64,000 nucleotides of DNA from Theionarchaea archaeon (GTDB taxonomy: Archaea > Methanobacteriota_B > Thermococci > Methanofastidiosales > SZ-28-30). A model generated the notes under the pieces. The model worked only from the letters and a program-made list of their open reading frames with translations, was not told the origin of the DNA and searched no databases. The translations under genes and the position numbers were made by a program. The stretch spans positions 81,748 through 145,747 of the forward strand of contig JACVGT010000021.1 of NCBI GenBank assembly GCA_018992685.1, read 5' to 3'. Below are positions 51,877-62,243 of this stretch, piece after piece (position 1 is the stretch's first letter; each line of letters begins with the position of its first letter).

Positions 51877-53931
51877 CTACCTGAGGAAGACTGCCCGGGT
51901 CACGGGGGCATGCTCCCCTTCTCTCAACACGATGTAGAACCGCACTACGGGAGGCATGTCAAGAGACACGTGCTGCACTCCAGAGCCGGGCATCGCTCTG
52001 ATGGTGACATCGTAGACACGAATGTCCTCTGATTCCATTGTTCTCATAGCAAAAGAGCAGTTCAAGGTGATGGGTTCAGGTGAGGGATTGTATGTATACA
52101 CCATGACATCCAGAAGGGAGCCGGAACACGTGTATGTAAAGTTGGTCACCAGAGCTCTTTCGTACGTGACCTTGAATAGTTTTAGATCTTCATATTCAAA
52201 GACAAGCTCCATTCCATCGATATCTTCGAAATACAGGGTGCACAGGGCAGAATCCTGATAGGGAACAGGATCTTTGGCAAACAACACCATGGCATAGAAG
52301 CGCTGTACCGTTTGTGCATCCAGTGCTACATACTGTATTCTGTGGTATCTCAGATAGCCCATTCCTTTTTCAGGAGACGCACAGAAGAAATCTGCTGCCT
52401 TTTCAGGTTTCTGGGCCATGATAGTATCTGTTACAGTGCACCGCTCAGCCAGTGCCTGAAACCAATTGCTCTGATCCCATTCTGTGAGGATGCTTGCATC
52501 TGGTGAGCTGTTGTACAAGAGCCAGGAGCTGGCTTCCTCCCAAGAAGGAGTGATATAGGGCTCAGTACTGCTGTAGGTGTAAAAAGAACTGTACAAAGGC
52601 ACCAGCACGTACAAGAATATGACTGAGTATTTCGCTATCATGTTGAACGTGGGGGATCGAAGAGCGTGCTCTGTAGAACGAAAGAAGTAGTAGAAGGCGA
52701 TGGCAGAAAAAGCACATATGCCGGGAGCAGCAGCGAAGAGAAATCGATTGAGTGTTACACTCAAGTACAGCGACAGTACAGTCCATGCACCCACCATGCA
52801 CAGAGATACAGAATCTGGAGACCTGGGCTCCAGCCCCTTTCTCTTGATCAAGGAGACCACAAGGAGAAGTGCTCCAAACACGACCATAAGAATCAGTGAA
52901 TTGTACGCAGACAGGAACACCGAAGGCGTCACTGGCTGAAGTTCCACGATCTGCTGGGAAACCATGGTCTTAGGCAGAAAGAAGGCGCTGCGGGAAATCA
53001 AGAATCCCTTTATGAATGAGAGGCGTTCCCAGAATCCAATCAAAAAGAGGAAGGGAAAAAGTAGTAACAGAGCGCCCGGGATGCGCCCTTTGCGTATCAG
53101 GAGATACCGTGTGAAATCCGTATATACCAGTACTGAGCCTCCTCCCAGCACAGAGAGGCTCATCTTGACCACGAAATCAGCCATTAAATTATCATATACT
53201 TTATTTGAATAGTAGAAGAGCAGGATAGAGGGTATGGAAACGCATAAAAATATAAATGAATGTTTGAAATTAACTTTTTTTCGAAACAGATCTGTCACGC
53301 TCATAAAAAAAGAGAATGACAGCAGAACCAACACAATAAGAATCCATCCATTGAAAATAAGCATGGCGGTGGCAAGAAGTCCGATTTCCAGGACAATCCA
53401 CAGCAATGTGGCAGATCCTGAGCTCTTATATATTTTCAGGTAGACATAGATGGCCAGGATGAGAATGACCACCATGAAAACGTCACCTCTGTACACCCCG
53501 GATGTGCTTCGAATAGAAGCTGCAGAGACGATTGCCAGGAAGAAGGCGGATAGAAATCCGATCTTTCTGTTACAGGCGTCTGCCATTAATATATAGATGA
53601 AGACAACTGCGGTGGTTCCGAAGATAATGGGCCACAGCTGGAAAAAGTGTATGAGATGGGATTCGTTTTCAGACATGACGGTGTATGGGATGAGAAGAAT
53701 ATAGTAAAATCCAGGAGGAGTCCAGTTCTTTCCCGTTCCCGGGAAGTTTGAAAGGTTGTTCCAGGGGGCATAGTGGTGTGTATGAGTAAAATCCGTCTTT
53801 GTCACGGCGTAATGGAGCCAGGGGTCAGCCCATGGCAGGGTTTGGTGTTCCAGGCTCATGACTCTCACAGAAAGAGCGAGCAAAACAAGAAGCATGATAA
53901 GAACTAAAAGTGGAGTTGTCTTTTCTTTCAT
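51877..53931 (-). CDS. Divergent STT3/AglB oligosaccharyltransferase paralog
   Basis: ADPWLHY, PPG, GVYRGD, QIVELQP, NRF, WEEASSWL, TEWDQSNW (WWDYG position). Confidence 0.8.
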   Translation of the reverse strand: MKEKTTPLLVLIMLLVLLALSVRVMSLEHQTLPWADPWLHYAVTKTDFTHTHHYAPWNNLSNFPGTGKNWTPPGFYYILLIPYTVMSENESHLIHFFQLWPIIFGTTAVVFIYILMADACNRKIGFLSAFFLAIVSAASIRSTSGVYRGDVFMVVILILAIYVYLKIYKSSGSATLLWIVLEIGLLATAMLIFNGWILIVLVLLSFSFFMSVTDLFRKKVNFKHSFIFLCVSIPSILLFYYSNKVYDNLMADFVVKMSLSVLGGGSVLVYTDFTRYLLIRKGRIPGALLLLFPFLFLIGFWERLSFIKGFLISRSAFFLPKTMVSQQIVELQPVTPSVFLSAYNSLILMVVFGALLLVVSLIKRKGLEPRSPDSVSLCMVGAWTVLSLYLSVTLNRFLFAAAPGICAFSAIAFYYFFRSTEHALRSPTFNMIAKYSVIFLYVLVPLYSSFYTYSSTEPYITPSWEEASSWLLYNSSPDASILTEWDQSNWFQALAERCTVTDTIMAQKPEKAADFFCASPEKGMGYLRYHRIQYVALDAQTVQRFYAMVLFAKDPVPYQDSALCTLYFEDIDGMELVFEYEDLKLFKVTYERALVTNFTYTCSGSLLDVMVYTYNPSPEPITLNCSFAMRTMESEDIRVYDVTIRAMPGSGVQHVSLDMPPVVRFYIVLREGEHAPVTRAVFLR

Positions 53932-53948
53932 GAAGACCCTGATTTACT

Positions 53949-54389
53949 TCATTTGGCTTGAAATCTCCAGTAGCCGTCTTCCGGCATTCTCCACATTAGA
54001 CCGTCTACTGTGTGAACAAACAGGTAATAATCATATGGTCCTCTGTCCAGACAGATAGATCCGTCAAACCGTCCTGTCTTCCCGTTGTACATTAATTCAA
54101 CCTGGGTTCCTGGCCTGATGATACAGATAACCCGGGAAATGTCATAGTTTCCTTCATTAACGTGTGCAGATATACTGACCCAACAGCCGTCCTGACGGAT
54201 ACTAATGAAGTCCCTTGTTGAATGAGGTATGACTGGAGGAGAAGAACCACCACCTCGATTCCCACCGAACCTGTTTCCGAAGTTACCCTGTCCGTACATC
54301 AGTAATGGCAACCCTACCGTAGCAAATAACAGAATCGCAATCATGGAAACCAGAATCCAGCTTTTGGTAAGAACACCTTTTTCAGCCAT
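53949..54389 (-). CDS. Small exported or membrane-anchored protein with Gly/Asn linker and beta-sandwich domain
   Basis: N-terminal hydrophobic helix, GNFGNRFGGNRGGGSS linker and beta-strand-rich C-terminus; co-oriented with the AglB paralog, 17 nt apart. Confidence 0.7.
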   Translation of the reverse strand: MAEKGVLTKSWILVSMIAILLFATVGLPLLMYGQGNFGNRFGGNRGGGSSPPVIPHSTRDFISIRQDGCWVSISAHVNEGNYDISRVICIIRPGTQVELMYNGKTGRFDGSICLDRGPYDYYLFVHTVDGLMWRMPEDGYWRFQAK

Positions 54390-54588
54390 GTATCTCGCCT
54401 GCCATTATTTTATATTTAATGCATATAAACCTTTGGGCATTCTGTCCTCAGTCACACAAAATTCGCGATTTTGACGAAAATTCAAGGCGTCTGATCCATC
54501 TCCCTCCGCGTAGCTCAACGAGAGCAAGAGCAATCAGTGGATATAAATAGTACCCTTACGTCAGTACAAGAAGAACAGGAGGATCGCC

Positions 54589-55203
54589 ATGAGCAAAGAA
54601 TATTTCGAAACGGTAGCTCAAGAATGGGATACTCTGAGAGAAGGATTCTTCTCTCAGGCAGTGAGGGAGAAGGCATTTGCCAAGGCAGGGATTTGTCCTG
54701 GCACAGTAGCCGTCGACGTGGGCTCTGGAACAGGGTTTATAACAGAAGGACTTGTTTCAGAGGGAGTATATGTCATTGCAGTGGACGAATCTGAATCAAT
54801 GATCCGGGAATTGAAAAAGAAAATCCAGAGTTCCGAATTTGGGTGCTGTATTGCGGAGGTGGAAGCATTGCCCATCACCAGTGGCAGCACGTTCTATGTT
54901 TTCTCCAATATGGTATTGCACCATGTAGAGAACCCACCGTCAGCCATCAAAGAAATGGCCCGAATTCTTCGTCCAGGAGGAATCCTGGTAATAACAGACT
55001 TGGATGAGCACCAATTCGAGTTCTTGAGAGAAGAGCATTCTGATCGTTGGATGGGATTCAAGAGGGAACATGTCAAAGCGTGGTTTGAGCAGGCAGGACT
55101 TACGAATGTTGATGTAGACTGTGTGGGAGAAGACTGTTGTTCCACGTCACGCTCACATGAACAGGCGCAAATCAGCATTTTTGTGGCTTCGGGCAGCAGA
55201 TAA
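54589..55203 (+). CDS. Class I SAM-dependent methyltransferase
   Basis: VDVGSGTG, NMVLHH, EMARILRPGG; AGGAGG RBS; C-terminal DCVGEDCC. Confidence 0.9.
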   Translation: MSKEYFETVAQEWDTLREGFFSQAVREKAFAKAGICPGTVAVDVGSGTGFITEGLVSEGVYVIAVDESESMIRELKKKIQSSEFGCCIAEVEALPITSGSTFYVFSNMVLHHVENPPSAIKEMARILRPGGILVITDLDEHQFEFLREEHSDRWMGFKREHVKAWFEQAGLTNVDVDCVGEDCCSTSRSHEQAQISIFVASGSR

Positions 55204-55727
55204 CTGGATTTCCCCATAGTTACAGTGATTTTGTACGGGGTTAAAAGCTCGAACGTATCGCAAAAGAGAAGAAAGATGCGAGAACACGTTTCCTACAATC
55301 TCAGCTTCTTCTGATTCTACTGACGGGCGGGCTTGCACAAGGAAGACCAGTAAAGTGAAATTATCAAAAACATACTGGTATATCTGATTTGACATGCCAT
55401 TGAGCATGGGAGGCCCACAACGTATCTCATGCTTTGTTGTCCGGTTGAAAATAAACAGTCTAGCGTATACCGAACGTACTCATTGAAAGGACAAGTCATA
55501 AAGCCAAGAACTGCCAGATTTTACATTTGAAATCAATCTAATGGTCTCATTAATCTCCGATCTATCCTTCGATAATATTTTAAAACATAAATTCATCTAT
55601 TAATGTTCAGGTTTCTACCAATGATTATTTTATATGCGCTAATAGAAAAGTTTATAAAGCACTGATTCCCCAAGAAGAATCGGCGCGGACAACAAGTGAG
55701 TCAAGTATATTTGAAGGAGGTATGGAC

Positions 55728-58700
55728 ATGAAAGTAATAAAGGTAAGTTGGATAACAATTGCTTTGATTCTTGGGCTACTCTCTATCTCTCAGAACGTCT
55801 TTTCCACACTGGAGAGTTCCCAAGATATAGTTCTCAATCAGCCTTTTGACATGGTAAGACATTTTGCGTTGGAGGATCCACTCTATAGGACTGAAGAGGC
55901 CTACGGTTCCACAGAACAACCATCTCATCCACCTCTGGAGATTCATGCCAGTGATATACCACAATTTGAGTACATGGCAGCCTCTCCCTACTACAAGGTG
56001 TTCTTCAAAGGGACAGCAATGAGAATGGAGATTGGGGAAGCCTGGATTGAGTTTGAAATGGTTGGAAACGATCTAGAACAGGTGCAAAAAGGACGAATTT
56101 CAGTTGATAGTGATATACTTTCTGTTTCTAACGTTCTTGATGCAACAGATGTAGAATACCAGGTAGGAACATCTTTGCTGACAGAAAATCTGGTCCTCCA
56201 CATCCCACGGGAATACCAACGATTTGTATACACGATATCCTGGGGTGACCTGACACCCGAATACGTAGAAGACGGACTACTATTCTCTTCAAATGGTAAC
56301 CCTGTTGTGAAGATTCTTCCTCCTTTCATGAAGGATGCAGTAGGCTCAATATCTACTGATATTCATTACGAACTGATCGAGACAGAGGCAGGTCAAGAAC
56401 TACACAAGGTTATCAACGAATCAGGACGGGAATGGCTTAGAAACGCTGTGTACCCTGTGATTATTGATCCCTCCATGCAGACCTTTGAGGATGCCTGGCA
56501 ATCTTCAGGATTAACACCATTTGGACAATATTTTAAGAATTTAAAAGAATACGTCAACCCTGCAAATGGGTTCCTAACCATTACCCAGAATGATCTCGTA
56601 ATCCCTGGGCGCGGGCTCGATCTTCTCATTACTAGAGTGTATCAAACGCCTGCTATCTTCTATGGTACAGATCCCTATGATTACGAAGCTCCGCCTGTAG
56701 ACATCGGAAAAGGATGGGCACTTGATTTCCCTTATGTTGGCAGCAAATACCTGCACCTATGGGGAGGAACAGTGTATAAAATCTCCTGGGTAAATAATAC
56801 CTTTGAAAACCACATAGGTACCCACTTTGTGTTGGTGAAAAACGGCGATAGTACTTATACCCTAACTACAGCCAGCGGAACCGTGTACGAGTTCAATACA
56901 TCAGGCAACATAACTCAGATCAAGGATGTTGATGTCAACACCATTTCCTTTACCTATGAGAGCGGAGTCCTGACCACCATCACTGACACAATTGGACGCA
57001 CGGTGAGCCTGACCTATTCGGACGGGCTCCTGTGGAAGGTTTCCTACAATGGTGCAGAACTGGAGTATTCTTATGACGATAATGACTGTCTGCAGTGGAC
57101 AGAAGATTTCCTGAATAGAAGAACTAGCTACTACTATAATACCGGGTACAACTACTGGTTACTATCAAAGATAGAGTATGTAACAGGGGGCTACACAACA
57201 TATTCCTATTCCCGATTCACTGATGAAGACTACTACAAGTACTACGTCACTGACCAGAGGGCATACACAGCAAGTCAGATTCGCCACTCTGCTTTTGCCT
57301 ATACCGGCACGTTTGACTCCATCACGTCTTCATCCACTACTGTCAAGAATGAATCAGATGTCGCTCAAGGCTCATATCATTTCACCATAGATTCCAACGG
57401 GCTGATAACCCAGAGAGTCGTCAAGAATGCAGCAGAAACGACAATTCGAAAATCTGTCTATAGCTACAACTCTTTGAAGGAGGCGATCCAAGAACAGGTC
57501 TACCATGATGGGTCCACCCTATCATATACTGTTTACTACGCATATGATAATTGGGGTAATCTCATCTATGTTAAGGATGCAGAGGGCCATGAACAGTTCT
57601 TATCGTATGCAAATACCTCTACCTCGGGGTTCTTCATAGATAATAATGGTAATATCATCAAGACCTTTACTGGCGCTTTCTCCAATTCCAGTGTTCCTTC
57701 AGCAGTCCACACCGCTGTACTAGGCGTAGCAGAAAAACAGGATGCGACACACGTTAAGGAGATGTATGTCACCTATGATTCTGAAGCTCATCCCACACAG
57801 GATAAGAAACTGTTTGGTGGTACCACCACGTGGCTAACCTTTTCAGGGACGTTCAATGAAAAGACAGATGATACGAGCTTTTCCGTTGACCTGACTGGAC
57901 ACCAGGTCATAGGAAACGGGGTTCTGCAGATTACAGGGGCTGGATCTGATGATACGTATAGCGAAAGTCACGGATTCGGCTGTCCATGCACGTACGACAG
58001 CTGCTACTCGGAAACAGGTGGCTGGTCAAGCAACTATTACTACCTCTACTATCGATATTGCATTGGAGGAGGAGTGTACTGTTATTATGCAGATACATAT
58101 ATTGGTCCTTTTACCCACTACCCCGGTACTCTTGGTTACCAGAGTTATTCTGTTAATCCTTCTCTTGGTTCAGCTTTCACGGATACGAACCCCTTCACTG
58201 TCTGGACGTACTGGAAGGCGTACCCAGTGCAAGTCCAGTATGACATCAATGGATCTGATTGGAAGACTATCACGTCGAACCTGAAGAACACAACTGCAAA
58301 TATTACAGTCCCTGGATTGAATAGTGGTCAGAATACATTGTACTTCACCGAATCCTCATCATATCAGACCAAGTTTACCTGGAGTCTGTATGTGCCAGTG
58401 GACAATTCACCACAGAGCTATCAAACGAGTATGCAATACGATACCTATGGTAATGTCACTTCTGTTACTGATCCTGAATCCAATTCTGTTAGTTTCACCT
58501 ACTCTGCAACATACAGTTCCGCCTATCTAACCGAAATTTCAGCCACTGTTGGCCAAGATACAATTGCTACCAAAGCCACATACGATTACAATAGGGGATG
58601 GATTACTTCCATACAGGAACCCAAGGGTGTAGCAGCAAGCTCTGGGTACACCACGTCTTATTCCTATGATCTCTTGGGGAGAACTACTACCAAGACGTTC

Positions 58701-61700
58701 CCATTGCTCACAGGACAATCTGAACCATCAACCGTTCGAGCAATCTATGACGATACCAACAGGCTGGTCTATATTGTGGACCAGCTCAACCATTATGTCA
58801 GATATGACTATGACAACCTGGGGAGAACGACTGCCAAGAAGTGGTATACAGGTACCTACAGCACGGGAACGTTGTATGCGACAGAGTCATTTTCCTATCG
58901 CTATGATGATCTAGTCTCAAATGTCACTGATCCGGGCAGTCATCAAACAGCATATACATACGATTTTCTAGGAAGAGTCACTCAGGTTTCATATCCAGAC
59001 TCATCTTCAGTTTCTTATTCTTACCTTGACACAAATAACAAAGTAATGTTCACGAATGGACGTGGATATGACAAAATTAACTGGTATGATTGGCTGAATC
59101 GATTGGAAAAAGTCGAGGAAGAGTATGCTACAGATTCTTTTGCAGTGAGCACCTATCAATATGATGATGTGGGGAATTTGACCTCTTTAGTTGATGCAGA
59201 GAATCACACCACGAGTTATACGTATGGTTCATTTTTTGGGTTAACGAAGGTTACCTATCCGGATTCCACCTATGAGCAGTATGAGTATGACAACGTGGGC
59301 AATCTTTCCAATTATATTGACGCCGAAGGTAACACCATCATGTATTCTTACGATGATATATATCGTCTAACTCAAATGGAATATGAATCTGCAGATAGCT
59401 TCAAATACTATAAGCAGATCTCAATAAGCAATTTCTCTTCAAATTATCAATACAAGATAACAGTTCATAAAGGTGGTGGGACAGATGACGCAACCAATGT
59501 ATACCTGAATAATCACTGTCAGGATGACTTTGATGACATCCGGTTTAGAGCATCAGATAAGACCACGGAGCTAGATCACTACAGAGAATCCTATACTTCA
59601 GGATCTTCAGCCGTTTTCTGGGTGGAGCTACCATCATCAAGCCAGACCATTTACATTCTCTATGGGAATGATTCTGCTTCCTCAGCAAGTAATGGTGAAA
59701 ACACCTTCATATTCTTTGATGGTTGTGAAAGCGGGAGCATCGGTGACGAATGGAGCGAAGATAATTCTGCGGGAACATCAACGTACTCAACAGAAGAGAG
59801 TAAATTCGGCTCAAGAAGCCTGAAACTGACCCAAACATCGACCACAGAAGATTACATCATTCATCCTTCCGCCACATTTAACGTTCCCAATTTCATTCTG
59901 GAATTATGGGTAAAGCAAGGTGATTCAGGCAACAGGAATAGCATTCAAACAAGAAAAAGTGGCGATTATCTCATTTTCTCTGCGGTTTTTGCAGCTTCTG
60001 ATCTGAAGTATTGGTCCACTGAGATGTATGATACAGGCTATGACTTTACCACAAATTGGGAATTCCATCAGTTTACTGGGACTGAGTCGGATGACGTCGT
60101 CAAATGGAAACTGGGTGACACACAGATAGCCTCTGACATTCACTTTGATCCGTGGGCCAATCTGTATACTATTTGGTTGAAAGGAGGAAAAGACGGTCCG
60201 AATGACTACGTATATTTTGACAATATCAAGGTCAGGAAGTATGAAGCAACACCCCCCACATTTGGGTTTGGCAGTGAGACAGAGACCGAGCTCCCCACTG
60301 TATCATTCACCTACGATTTGAATTCAAACAGGACACGAATGAATGACGATGCACCAAATGCCGATGACTATATTGAATACTCCTATGACTACTGGAATAG
60401 GCTGACCTCGCAGACAAGACACATCTCTACCAGCAGCTACGGAGTCTCGTACCAGTATGATGTGTCCAGCAGAATGACAAAGTTGACCTACCCCACCAAT
60501 ATGCAGATTCTTCATTCGTATGATGATCTGAATCGAATGACAGAAACCAAGCGATATGTAGACGGCGTTGATGATGAAATCCTCATGGACAATGTGCAGT
60601 ACACGGTGGAAAGTCTCTTGACACAGGCTGATTATGGCAATGATCTCCAAGCTACATTCTCCTATGATTCACTGGACAGGGTCTCCACCCTTGATGTCAA
60701 GAATGGAACAACTGCCTTTTTGGATCTCGACTACACCTATGATAATAACGGTAATATTACCCAGCTAGTAAATGGCTGGAGAGACACCAGTTCCTCATGG
60801 CATTCTGAAACTGAGTCCTATGGATATGATGGCATGGACAGATTGACATCCGCCAGCTGCACCTCATGGTCTCACACATATTCCTACGACAAGGCAGGGA
60901 ATAGAACAGCTAAAGATGGTGTGACATACACCATCAATACGGTCAATGAAGTGACTGCCTTGAGTGATGGGACTACCTTTTCATATGATAATAACGGGAG
61001 CAGAACGGGGAAGAGCAAGGGAACAGATGCGTGGGTCTATACGTACGAGTTCGTCAGTAGACTAGCCAAAGTGGAGAAGAATTCTGTCACATTGGGAGAA
61101 TACGTGTATGATGGTGACGGGAAGAGAATTCAGGTAACTGAAGACGAGGTCACCACTGTCTATGTATATTCGGGTTCGAATGTAGTGTACGAAGAGAATT
61201 CCACTGGTATAGCGTGTTACATTTTCGGTTCAACAGGAAGACTGGCCAAGAGAACCACTATTAGCGGAGAATCCAACATGTTCTACTACTCTTCAGACCA
61301 TTTGGGGTCCACTCGACTGGTGACAGATGGAAGCAAGAATATCGTGGCAGCTGTAGCGTATCATCCTTTTGGTGAGACTAGCACAGAGGAAGGCTCTGAA
61401 TCGTACTTATACAATGGAAAAGAAAAAGATGCAACAGGACTATACTACTACGGGGCGCGGTATTATGATCCGGAAGCGGGAAGATTTATAACTAGAGACG
61501 CAAGAAAAGGAGATATCCATGCTCCTTCTACACTGAACAGGTTCGCCTATTGCAGAAACAACCCCGTGAGATTTATTGATCCATGGGGAGAACGAGATGC
61601 TCTCCATGACATTGGGGACCCAGGGAAGACAGATGAGCCAGAAGTTGTAGAGGATCCACTGGCCAATTTTGATCCAAATGCAGACTTCTGGGATCCAGAT

Positions 61701-62243
61701 GTTATGCAGGAAGTGGCGAAAGCAGTGTCTGAACTGAACATTGGAGTTAGAGGGGAAGCATCTGCTGGGGCATGGGACATTCCCGGTCCAGACTATATTG
61801 GAAGTAGAGCTGGAAGTAGTTCTGGAGGAGGATGGAAGTTTCCAGATTTCTCGATAGGATTTGAAATCAGCGCGGGATTTGCGGAGCTACTTGGAATTGG
61901 TGGTGGGCTAGGATTTGTTATTGACACGAATGGCAATTTCGAATCGTACACAATAGAGCAGATTGGGCTGGTAGGATTCAACGCAGGAAGCGTAGACATT
62001 ACTGCATTTGGTTCCACCCTTTCAGCCGAAGAAGTGGCGAATTCCACTTCCAGTACGGTGGAGATAAGTTTCATAGCAGGTAATGGTCAATGCTCCGGTC
62101 CAGAATATCAAGGATTTCCCTCTGGGCGTTTCAATAAAATCAATTTTGGATTATCTTACTCTCCTGCCCCTTTTCCTCTTAATATGGGAAGTGCTGTTTT
62201 GTGGTATGTGGAGACTCAGTCTTTTGATTGGCCCTTTTGGTGA
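55728..62243 (+). CDS. Secreted RHS/YD-repeat protein (polymorphic toxin-like) with DUF2341-like insertion
   Basis: Signal peptide, VNPANG.L...DL.IPGRG.DL.ITRVY, many YD repeats, DHLGSTR, YNGKEKD.TGLYYYGARYYDP..GRF, NNPVRFIDPWG. GGAGGT spacing favours ATG 55728; TATA TTTATAAA at 55651. Confidence 0.93.
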   Translation: MKVIKVSWITIALILGLLSISQNVFSTLESSQDIVLNQPFDMVRHFALEDPLYRTEEAYGSTEQPSHPPLEIHASDIPQFEYMAASPYYKVFFKGTAMRMEIGEAWIEFEMVGNDLEQVQKGRISVDSDILSVSNVLDATDVEYQVGTSLLTENLVLHIPREYQRFVYTISWGDLTPEYVEDGLLFSSNGNPVVKILPPFMKDAVGSISTDIHYELIETEAGQELHKVINESGREWLRNAVYPVIIDPSMQTFEDAWQSSGLTPFGQYFKNLKEYVNPANGFLTITQNDLVIPGRGLDLLITRVYQTPAIFYGTDPYDYEAPPVDIGKGWALDFPYVGSKYLHLWGGTVYKISWVNNTFENHIGTHFVLVKNGDSTYTLTTASGTVYEFNTSGNITQIKDVDVNTISFTYESGVLTTITDTIGRTVSLTYSDGLLWKVSYNGAELEYSYDDNDCLQWTEDFLNRRTSYYYNTGYNYWLLSKIEYVTGGYTTYSYSRFTDEDYYKYYVTDQRAYTASQIRHSAFAYTGTFDSITSSSTTVKNESDVAQGSYHFTIDSNGLITQRVVKNAAETTIRKSVYSYNSLKEAIQEQVYHDGSTLSYTVYYAYDNWGNLIYVKDAEGHEQFLSYANTSTSGFFIDNNGNIIKTFTGAFSNSSVPSAVHTAVLGVAEKQDATHVKEMYVTYDSEAHPTQDKKLFGGTTTWLTFSGTFNEKTDDTSFSVDLTGHQVIGNGVLQITGAGSDDTYSESHGFGCPCTYDSCYSETGGWSSNYYYLYYRYCIGGGVYCYYADTYIGPFTHYPGTLGYQSYSVNPSLGSAFTDTNPFTVWTYWKAYPVQVQYDINGSDWKTITSNLKNTTANITVPGLNSGQNTLYFTESSSYQTKFTWSLYVPVDNSPQSYQTSMQYDTYGNVTSVTDPESNSVSFTYSATYSSAYLTEISATVGQDTIATKATYDYNRGWITSIQEPKGVAASSGYTTSYSYDLLGRTTTKTFPLLTGQSEPSTVRAIYDDTNRLVYIVDQLNHYVRYDYDNLGRTTAKKWYTGTYSTGTLYATESFSYRYDDLVSNVTDPGSHQTAYTYDFLGRVTQVSYPDSSSVSYSYLDTNNKVMFTNGRGYDKINWYDWLNRLEKVEEEYATDSFAVSTYQYDDVGNLTSLVDAENHTTSYTYGSFFGLTKVTYPDSTYEQYEYDNVGNLSNYIDAEGNTIMYSYDDIYRLTQMEYESADSFKYYKQISISNFSSNYQYKITVHKGGGTDDATNVYLNNHCQDDFDDIRFRASDKTTELDHYRESYTSGSSAVFWVELPSSSQTIYILYGNDSASSASNGENTFIFFDGCESGSIGDEWSEDNSAGTSTYSTEESKFGSRSLKLTQTSTTEDYIIHPSATFNVPNFILELWVKQGDSGNRNSIQTRKSGDYLIFSAVFAASDLKYWSTEMYDTGYDFTTNWEFHQFTGTESDDVVKWKLGDTQIASDIHFDPWANLYTIWLKGGKDGPNDYVYFDNIKVRKYEATPPTFGFGSETETELPTVSFTYDLNSNRTRMNDDAPNADDYIEYSYDYWNRLTSQTRHISTSSYGVSYQYDVSSRMTKLTYPTNMQILHSYDDLNRMTETKRYVDGVDDEILMDNVQYTVESLLTQADYGNDLQATFSYDSLDRVSTLDVKNGTTAFLDLDYTYDNNGNITQLVNGWRDTSSSWHSETESYGYDGMDRLTSASCTSWSHTYSYDKAGNRTAKDGVTYTINTVNEVTALSDGTTFSYDNNGSRTGKSKGTDAWVYTYEFVSRLAKVEKNSVTLGEYVYDGDGKRIQVTEDEVTTVYVYSGSNVVYEENSTGIACYIFGSTGRLAKRTTISGESNMFYYSSDHLGSTRLVTDGSKNIVAAVAYHPFGETSTEEGSESYLYNGKEKDATGLYYYGARYYDPEAGRFITRDARKGDIHAPSTLNRFAYCRNNPVRFIDPWGERDALHDIGDPGKTDEPEVVEDPLANFDPNADFWDPDVMQEVAKAVSELNIGVRGEASAGAWDIPGPDYIGSRAGSSSGGGWKFPDFSIGFEISAGFAELLGIGGGLGFVIDTNGNFESYTIEQIGLVGFNAGSVDITAFGSTLSAEEVANSTSSTVEISFIAGNGQCSGPEYQGFPSGRFNKINFGLSYSPAPFPLNMGSAVLWYVETQSFDWPFW

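Noticed and set aside
54589-55203. Arsenite methyltransferase (ArsM) call based on the C-terminal CC
   Set aside because: The usual ArsM Cys motifs (GCG.P, NCV) are absent; kept as a generic methyltransferase.
55204-55720. IS remnant or small ORFs upstream of the RHS gene
   Set aside because: No terminal inverted repeats, target duplication or transposase-like translation found.
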